A stretch of DNA of 64,000 bases from Octopus vulgaris (lineage: Eukaryota), in assembly GCA_951406725.2 (NCBI GenBank), contig OX597814.1, forward strand, positions 65,782,001 through 65,846,000, written 5' to 3'. Under the pieces are notes generated by a model, which had not been told where the DNA came from, did not search any database, and saw nothing but the letters and a program-made list of their open reading frames with translations. This document shows positions 53,465-64,000 of the stretch, in pieces (position 1 is the stretch's first letter; each line of letters starts with the position of its first letter). The position numbers and the translations under genes are program-made.

Positions 53465-54793
53465 CATAGTGTGTGATGGGTAGATTTTTATAATTTTTTA
53501 TTTCGCGCATGCACATTGTCTGTTTTTGATTTTGTCGACTACACAATATGGTAGGGTCAGTTGGGCACATGTGTGACAAAAACAAGCACCATGCCGCAAT
53601 TCACTCTGCCAGAAATTTTGAATCGTCCTGCTGTACTGCTTGGCATTTGCGCCGGAAGCTCCAGTGTGAACATTTCAGAGTGCTTGGGTGTCAATATGAG
53701 GACAGTGCAATCTCAGGACATGTACCGAGAGTGATAAATATCAAACATCCAGTCAATATCATGGTGTTTGGAGTGATTACTAGTGTTGGCGACGTTGTGT
53801 CTCCATTCATCTTCCCACACGACCTCACACTCAACACGGAGGTCTACAACAATTGCCTGGATGAGGTAGTACTGCTTTAGATCAAGACGGTGGCTGCTAG
53901 GAGACACTATATCTGGCAACAGGACTCTGCACCATGCCACACAAGCAGGGGAACCTAGTCATAGCTGTCAAACAATTTCTGTGACCACATCACTCCTAAC
54001 ATCTGGCTACCTAACTTCTCAGACTTCAAACCCCTTGATTATTATGTGTGGGGCGCAGGTGAGCAAGAGGCCAACAAAACTCCTTGTAGCACTAAAGATG
54101 AATTGAAGGCAAAGATTATGGCTGCATTTACCAACTTAAACAAAGAGACCGCCCAGAAAAAATGCAGGAGATCCGAAGTCGTCTGGAGGGCGTGATTGAA
54201 GCCAAAAGCGATGTTATTGCATGTATTTACTCTTTAATATTTCAAGATATTTTATGTAATTTTGGTAAATATATCTGTTAAAATGAGATGTCAGTGATAC
54301 AGTAATCACTCGCCATATTGCGATTCTCCTATCGCGCTCTCAGTACATCGCGGATTTTTGTGACTAATATATGTAAATTTATATCGCGGACTCCTCAGTA
54401 TAGCGCGGGTTTCTGCGGCCGATAGGTATTTATATTTTTTTCGGTTTTAATTATTTCTGTAGTAAAATAAGCATTATTTATTAATGAATTAATAAATAAA
54501 AATACAGTACATTACAGCACATTAGCTAAAACATATTAAAAGAAAATACTTAGTGTGCCATGGGTGCGTAAACAAAGAATCGTACATATTGTATGAAAAC
54601 CTGTAGTCGGAAGGCAAGTGTGTGGTGTTGATTTCTAGTTATAACAATGTAGATATATACAAATACTATTTCTAGTTCGCGGATTTTCACCAATTGTGGG
54701 GTATTGTAGAACGTAACACCCGCGATAGTTGAGGGATTACTATATTTTCATTTTTGCATAATTTAGACAACAGTTTATTCATCGCACCTTGTG
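53465..54793 (+). mobile_element. Tc1/mariner DD37D (maT-like) transposon remnant, internally deleted
   Basis: KHPVNIMVFGVITSVGD..WQQDSAPCH..IWLPNFSDFKPLDYYVWG, with 37 residues counted between the last two Asp. Degenerate TIRs. Confidence 0.8.
54300..54742. mobile_element. Tigger/pogo-like MITE nested in the maT element
   Basis: TA|cagtaatcactcgccatattgcg ... cgcgatagttgagggattacta|TA. Confidence 0.75.
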
Positions 54794-54797
54794 TATG

Positions 54798-54851
<54 letters not shown>

Positions 54852-54854
<3 letters not shown>

Positions 54855-55066
54855 TTTATCTTTTACATATTTCAGTCATTAGACTGCGGCTGCGCTGGGG
54901 CATTGCCATAAAATTTTACTCCAATGATCCGACCCCAGTAATTAATTTAGCCTCATACTTATTCTGTCGGTCTCTCTTGTCGAATCTTTAAGTTATGGGA
55001 ATGCAATGACTGTCAGGCGGTGTGGGGCGGGGAACAAGCACATGCACAATGCTACAAACACACACA

Positions 55067-55070
<4 letters not shown>
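54852..55070 (-). mobile_element. Diverged SINE family A 3' half
   Basis: tttcagtcattagactgcggc..gacccca..cttattctgtcggtctc. Confidence 0.65.
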
Positions 55071-55138
<68 letters not shown>

Positions 55139-55153
55139 ATATATATATATGTA

Positions 55154-55205
<52 letters not shown>

Positions 55206-55209
55206 ATAT

Positions 55210-55325
55210 AAAGTTAATCCAAACAAGAAAACACAGAAAAAAAGAGAAAAAAAAAGAAAAAAACACAGCAACGCGGGACGTGGAACAATTAAAGTATTAT
55301 TGACGCTCAGGAAAGAAGGGAAGAT
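55210..55325 (-). mobile_element. PLE-type terminal fragment in (TA)n
   Basis: Reverse complement ttcctgagcgtcaataatac.. resembles ttcctgagcgccatactaatac at 35949. Confidence 0.5.
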
Positions 55326-55393
55326 ATATATATATATGTATATATATATATACATATACATATATATGTATATATACATATATCACTATATAA

Positions 55394-55447
<54 letters not shown>

Positions 55448-55760
55448 AAATTTAATTCATTAATTAATCAATTAATTAACAACACACATATTGTTTCGAA
55501 TTTGTGTGAATGTGTATAGAATAATGTATCAGCTGAATAAATTTAAAACATTGTCTAGTTTTCACGTTTTTTATTATGGTATTGTTAACATTAAAAAATA
55601 TCTCTAGCATATTTATATATTTAAAAGACATATATGATGGGAGCAACGTCAACTTCGCTCATCAACCAAATGTTACACATCAGAGCAGGTTTATTGGTAG
55701 TGTAGCAAAATAAATGACGGTGCCTAAGCATGGCAACAGTCCTTGGACAGATACTTAATA

Positions 55761-56383
<623 letters not shown>

Positions 56384-56454
56384 GTATATACATTAGTATA
56401 TATATATATTATATATGTGTGCGTGTGCATGTTTGTGTGTGCGCATATATATTA

Positions 56455-57724
56455 TTAGTGGGGATTGGGATATAATGGGTTTTTGTGACATAATGCGTCA
56501 TTTCCCAGATTTTTATGATTCTCTCCCGACTTCAAACCAGGAAGTATGATGAAGCAGCCACTATGAATTTCATAATTCCTCCTGCTAATATAAATGATGC
56601 ATTGTTTCTGATGACTCCTCTTCAGGTTCCTCATTCTGGATAACAGACAACGTCCACCTGACCTACATGTTTTTGAAGTGTTACAGATTTGGATTTTTTT
56701 TTACTATTTTAGAAATATTTTCTTTGCCCGTGTTATGTTGGATAAAGGAAATATCCTTGGAAATTCTGAAATTCAGGCAAATACAGAAGTAGGGCATAAT
56801 TCGTCACTTGTCAATTTGCAGCGTGGATCATAATGTGTCACTTAAGATAAAGCATATAGGTATTTATAAAGAGAAGAAAAGAAGATTTAAAGAAGTCTTT
56901 CACACGCTACAAATATGTGCCTGTACCTGAAAATGTTTTAGCAACATTGTTTCGTGCAATTATTGATATTTAAACAGGTTCAAGATTGAAGCAGAGGAAC
57001 ATGCAGCAAAACAAAAATGCACCAAAGGAGCAAGAAAAGTCTAAGAGCAAAGACGAAGGAGGGTCTTTTGCTCCAAATTGGCAGGAAACAGGGAGTGCAG
57101 AGTCTGTCCATAGTGATGGTAACCATTATAGTGCAGATGAATCGGAGGAAGAGGAATCTGAGTGCTCCACTTGCAAGAGATTCTGAAGGCGATGCAAATG
57201 CAGGTCCAACGAAATTTCGTTCCTGTATGGCATTTGTCCGAAGTTTATTCCAAGAGTTCTTTCGCGGGAATGTACAACTTAATCTGGACTCCGTGTACTA
57301 AATGGAATCTATATTAAGTTGTAAAGTTAATTAATGTGATTAATTTAAAGTTCAAAATGACAGTTTTTGTAAACAAAGTTGATTTTTGTTTTGTTTATTT
57401 TAATGAAGATTGAGTCTCTTTAATTTCGGACACCTCGCATATGTTCCTTTATTGATTGTTTTCCACAGTCACCCACAATTTACTATTTCTTTTATCCAAA
57501 TACTGCTATGCGTTTTGCTCCATTTGTAGATGAGCCATTATGCCCCACCAAATATTAAAATTTCTGATTTCTATACGAACCGAGCATCCCAAGTTGTTTC
57601 TCAATCCATCGGAAGTGATGAGAATCATTATGCACTGTTTGAGACAATAAACCCAGGTTAACTCTTACATGTTGGTTTTGATAATGGTTTCAAAATTTTG
57701 GTAAAATGCGTCACTCCACCCTAT
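56455..57724 (+). mobile_element. Probable pogo/Fot1-like DNA transposon remnant
   Basis: Weak TIRs (tagtggggattggg / cactccacccta) and a repeated (g)ggcataat motif at 56488, 56792 and inverted at 57537. Basic-then-acidic peptide ending ESEEEESECSTCKRF. Confidence 0.4.
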
Positions 57725-58277
57725 ATATATATGATATAATATATGATTTATATAAAAAGAAAGAATATATATACGTGTGTGTGTGTGTATAAGCTTATAA
57801 CCATTTTTGTTGTGGTTAGTATATACACAGAAAGTGTGAGAGTGAAAGAGAGAGAATAACAGAGAAGGGTGAAGAGAGAGAGAGAGAGAGGGGAAGAAAG
57901 AGCGATTGATAGATAAAGTGAGAGAGAGAAAGAGAGAGATTTGTTTGACTCTAATTACTTTCGTTCCATCGTTGATGTTTCATCTATCATTTCTTTGCAG
58001 ACGTTTGTGTGTAATTTTAAGGACCTTTATCGACTTTTACTTGACATTCGTTTATTAGACTACATGGGCTTTATATAGAATGGGAGGTATAGTAAGGAGA
58101 GAGGGGGGGGAGATAAATATCTTGTTTCCTGACTGCATCTAACTGTTTAACTATGGACATATTTTCTGAAGAGTCATTATTATACAGGGAATTCAATATT
58201 ATTATTATTATTTTTATTTTATCATACTGTAGTTCGTATCTTAATGGATTTGCTTATCATAGTTTATATTATATATA

Positions 58278-58532
58278 TCACTTTGATCACTTTAACCGAC
58301 CAGTCTGTCAGGCGTCCATTTGACACCGCTGGTCACAACACGCTGTCCACTCCTCTCTGGATCGCGCCTTTCTCAGCCACGTGATCCCAATCGTCCTCTT
58401 GAAATCGTCACTCCACCGTCGTGGAGGTCTTCCGGGTGGTCTTTTCCGCTCACGCGGGTACCACTCAGCAACTCCGTGCGTCCACCGATTATCGGTGAGC
58501 CGGGCGACGTGTCCAGCCCATCTATACTTGCT
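58278..58532 (-). mobile_element. RTE-clade LINE 3' end
   Basis: KYRWAGHVARLTDNRWT..WYPRERKRPPGRPPRRWSDD..W...ARSREEW; short aaagtgat tail repeat. Confidence 0.9.
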
Positions 58533-58597
58533 GGGTATTATCAGCCGTGATAAATATTCAGTACTATACATTTCGGATAATATATATATTATACATT

Positions 58598-58629
<32 letters not shown>

Positions 58630-58843
58630 TTTATATACATACACCCACACACACAAACACAAACACACACACACACACATATATATATATCGCTGTACTT
58701 ATAAGGTAATTCTAGCCGCTTGTTATAACCAATATTTATGTTACTTTAAGACTTGATATTATATAGTGAAGTAAAAGTTTACTTCATATTAGTATATCAG
58801 CGTGTCTGTTTCACTCTGATTACAGCTCCTTAGCGAAACATGT

Positions 58844-58875
<32 letters not shown>

Positions 58876-59337
58876 CCATATGCGGTTAAACGAGGTGGTT
58901 CAAATATGTGGATCCATAAAAAGAGCATTTTATTTACAGAGATTTTCAAAAATACCCAGTATGGTAAAACATCAATACTAAAGGAGTTTTCATTCTAAAG
59001 AGACTTTGAAATTGTCTTAAAGTAACATAAATATTGGTTATAACAAGCGGCTAGAATTACCTTATTTAGTAGACCAATTGTTCTGGAACAACTATAGTAT
59101 ACTTCTGATTTCAGATGACGTCGTAGGAGAAAATGTAGGGGACGTCAGTTCTGAAGACGTGTGTAGCTGTTCAACTAGATATCGTGCCTCCCTATATACC
59201 GCATAAACAATTGTTGTGGAACACCGTTGTGTTGAAATGTCTTAAGTCGATCCGATAACGCTCATTTGATTAAGTGATAACGTTGCATCATTGTTAGTAA
59301 TATGTGTACATATATATATAAATATATAAGTACAGCG

Positions 59338-59412
<75 letters not shown>

Positions 59413-59432
59413 TGTGTGTGGGTGTATGTATA

Positions 59433-59473
<41 letters not shown>

Positions 59474-60017
59474 ATGTATAATATATATATTATCCGAAAT
59501 GTATAGTACTGAATATTTATCACGGCTGATCTTACCAATCGGTTTCGCGTAAAGAATACAATGGATTATACAACTTTACGCTCATCAGAGTGTTAGCCGA
59601 TATGGAAGGGAATATGGCGATTGTCAGGAGGTTTGAGAGGTGAGCATATTTATTTAACCACTTTGCGGCCGTTTCGCAACCTTCGTCATATAATAATTTC
59701 AGTGTAAAAAAAAAAAATATTTGCATGTCTGATCTAATATGCATGTTACGCATCATAAAATATGATTGTATATATATCTCTCCGTTCGTATTTTTAGCAT
59801 TCGTGTGACAACGATTGTCTGGCGATTTGATGCACAAACTTTCTTTATCTTCACTGGTTTATATATGAATATACAATTATATTGGTTAATGCGCAGCATG
59901 CATAATAGTGCAGACATGTAAACATGAGTTACTATACACGGAAATTATTTTACATCATGAAGGCTGTAAAAGTGTAATGAATGAAAAAAGAAAAGGAAAA
60001 AAATTTTTTTGTGCGTG

Positions 60018-60055
<38 letters not shown>

Positions 60056-60622
60056 AGAGAGGGAGTGAGAGAGAGAGAGAGAGAAAGAAAGAGAGAGAGA
60101 GAGAAGGAACAGAGAAATGGAATGTAGTCACGCTGATAACGATTATCAACAATATGGCTGAGGGACAAACATGAGAAAACTTATTTATTAACTACAAATA
60201 CAGTGCAGACTAGAAGATCTTTCAATATTTTCCATTAAATATATTGCTAAATTACTTATAAACAGTGCCACAATATGTATATTTTTTTCGATTTCTCTCT
60301 CTGTATTGAAAACTGATAGTTTTCCAAATAGTAACATGTTTCGCTAAGGAGCAGTAATCAGAGTGAAACAGACACGCTGATATACTAATAAGAAGCAAAC
60401 TTTTACTTCACTTTCTGTATTTTCGACAATATTCATTTTATCGATAATATTAGAGTTTCTGGAATGTAAACATACATTCAGTAAGATATTCTCAAAAACA
60501 TGCCAGTAGATTTTCTGGCGATGAGAAGTTGCTAAATCATTGAATATGTTTGAGGATATATCTCGTATATAGTTGACAATCATCTCACTCTCTCGACAAA
60601 TATATAAATGTATGTATGTATG

Positions 60623-60701
<79 letters not shown>

Positions 60702-61462
60702 GTGCACACACGCATATACACACACACATGTATACATACATCATACATATATATATATACATAGATATATATATACATATATATGCATGTGTGTGTATGT
60801 ATATACATATATATATATATGTAAGTATGTATGTATGTATGTATACGTCGAGCTATGCACAGGTTCCACTTTCGCATTCTAACTTCAATGCTCAGTCCAT
60901 TTAGAAAAGAAGAAGCCCAAGGCTTGGCCCAAAGTATAAAGTTGCGCACACGTAACAGTAGATAGACTCAGTGCAGACATATACATGCACAAATGCATAC
61001 ATGCATACATATATACACATACATAAATACACATACACACAAACACATATGTATATATATATGTGTGTGTGTGTATGTGTATGCGTGTGTGTGTGTGTGT
61101 GTTAGTGTGTGTGTGTATGTGTGTGTGTGTGTGTACATACACATTAATGAAGGATATTAATGAGATTCATCCTTTCTCTGTTAATACAAATACACCAGTC
61201 TAACAAATGTTTTTAGATGAGTAAAGAATTCCGAGTATGTTTAAGGCGTAGGTCCGGAGTTATAATTCAACTCAATTCTATATTGCAAATCCTCAGTTAG
61301 TCTGATATTTTGCAGAGAGTGATATACAAGAGAAAGTATAAATAATGACCCTTCACATATTCCTTTATTCTTGCAAAATCGAGTAACAGGTGTAAGTCTA
61401 ATTTGCAACAGTAAAAGAATATGTAAAGACCATTATTTATACCTTGTCATATATATATATAT

Positions 61463-61517
<55 letters not shown>

Positions 61518-61832
61518 TATAGATAGATAGATATAGATAGATAGATATAGAGATAGATATATAGACAGAAAGATATACATACCTAATATATATATATATA
61601 CATATATATATACACACATATATATACACATGTATACTTATACTATATGTATACTATATGTATACTATATGTACATATATATGTGCATATATATAAATAT
61701 AGATATATACACAGACATATGTATATATATATACCTATATATATATGCGTATATGCGTATATGCGTATATATATACCTATATCTATATTTATATTTACAA
61801 TATATATATTATTATTTCATATATATATATTA

Positions 61833-61863
<31 letters not shown>

Positions 61864-61925
61864 TATATATATATATATATATATTATATACTATTCATCT
61901 ATCTATCAATATATATATATGTATG

Positions 61926-62012
<87 letters not shown>

Positions 62013-62561
62013 ATACATGGATACAGTTATATGTACGTCTATTCTATATATAAATATGGATGGATAGTTATCTGCACGAAATTAGATATATATACGTAAA
62101 TTTATATTTTATACTTATACTATATCTAACATAAAAATAATGCGTGTGTGTGTGTGTGTCCGTGTATGTATGTAAACATATATCAGATATATGTCTTTAT
62201 TTATGTATTTATTATGCATATATAAGTGATATGGAATGTTTACAGCTTGCCATTCATATACACGTTTTGAAACGCTACATGGAATTCACCATATGAAGCG
62301 TACAAAAATGAATCTGTAATCAAGCATCAAGTATTTTATTCCGTAAAATATAGCAGTGTATACTCTTTGCTACGTAAGCACGTGATATCGAAATTGTAAT
62401 GATTTTTGGTCAATGAATGATGAGGGGTTACGGTTTCCACCTTATTTTCTTTTCTTTTTTCCTGTTTGTCGTCCTCCTGAGGGAATGACAGGGAATATAG
62501 ACGCCAGAGATTCCGGTAAACTGGCCTTATGGGCCTATGAGTCGGGAAGCATCTTTGATAC

Positions 62562-62818
<257 letters not shown>

Positions 62819-63368
62819 AAATCACAAAAATGGAACAAGAATACAACAGACAACAATACAACAAGCGGACAGATAGATGATACAAAGACAGACAGGAAAA
62901 ACAACAAAAAGACGGACGACAAAATACAAGGATGGGTCATTTGTGACCGTCTCTTCTCAGTCAAGTTTTCAGATTATCCTTGAAGTCTCGGCCGGTTACA
63001 CTTATATACACACACAAAACAAATGCATATATACATGCTTGCATATATATGTGTGTGTTTGTGTGTGTGTGTGTGCGTGTACAGAAGGGAAACCACAGAG
63101 GGACAGATATATATACGTGTAGATATATGTGTGTGTTTGTGTCTGTGTGTCTATGTATGTATTAAATTTATATTATGTGTGGATATATAAATATATATAT
63201 ATATATATAAGCAAAAATGCTAGTTAACCAGCAAGAGGAGGTGTGCTCTTGGGATTAAAAAATCGCAGTACACTCCGCTCGAACGGATAGCCATGTTAAA
63301 GTGGCTACGAATATCACTTATATAAATACATTTATATATGTATACATACATATATATATGTATTTATA

Positions 63369-63412
<44 letters not shown>

Positions 63413-63415
<3 letters not shown>

Positions 63416-63720
63416 GTGACTGTGTGGTAAGTAGCTTGCTTAGCAGCAGCATGGTTCCGCGTTCATTCCAACTGCGTGGCACCTTGGGCAAGTGTCTTCT
63501 ACCCTAGCCTCGGGCCGACCAAAGCCTTGTGAGTGGAAAAAAAGCCTTGTGAGTGTGTGTGTGTGTGTGTGTGTATTAGTGTGTTTGTATGTGTGTCTTT
63601 GTCAACCCACCAGCGCTTGACAACCGATGTTGGTGTGCTTTACGTTCCTGTAACTTAGCGGTTCGACTAAAGCGTTGCTCCAGTATGGATACAGTCAGAT
63701 GCCGGAAACAAAAAATAAAA
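63413..63720 (+). mobile_element. SINE family A with internal deletions
   Basis: ggagtgactgtgtggtaagtagcttgc..accttgggcaagtgtcttct. Confidence 0.85.
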
Positions 63721-63743
63721 GTGCAAAAAGTCATGTATGTGTA

Positions 63744-63787
<44 letters not shown>

Positions 63788-63806
63788 TTTCTAACCAAAC
63801 ATTTAC

Positions 63807-63842
<36 letters not shown>

Positions 63843-64000
63843 CAAGATTAATCAGCCGAAATTACTACGATGATCCGGTTCTTGACTGAAGACTGAGGGT
63901 TTCGAATGTCCTGTCCGTGTTTATTGTATCGTCTTCTAAGAGTTATACGTTCTTGTCCATGTTGTATTTTTCTACATACCTTAATTTATATATATATATA

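Noticed and set aside
62470-62550. CTGAGGG..gtaaac..gagtc HHR-like stretch
   Set aside because: Both core segments deviate from consensus and the pairing is uncertain.

Overview
AT-rich, microsatellite-saturated eukaryotic DNA made almost entirely of repeats. The SINE families look like those of octopus/cephalopod genomes (inference). I can support no host protein-coding exon, and nearly all ORFs in the track are translations of (TA)n/(CA)n/(AAT)n. Recognisable content: three SINE families, five mariner remnants plus a DD37D (maT) remnant carrying a nested MITE, R4/Dong-like and RTE LINE fragments, and several Penelope-like element (PLE) remnants (RT + GIY-YIG). The main hidden signal is a dense set of type I hammerhead ribozyme (HHR) motifs read by eye. 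The highlight is 38141-41101: six near-identical ~490-bp, highly self-complementary units, each carrying a complete HHR, arranged as a head-to-head inversion inside (TA)n. The arm breakpoints are reciprocal, as expected if a circular (retrozyme-like) RNA were reverse-transcribed from two primers. At least four smaller, unrelated HHR-bearing foldback elements share this divergent, (TA)n-embedded architecture. Ribozyme activity and RNA circularity are predictions, not observations.
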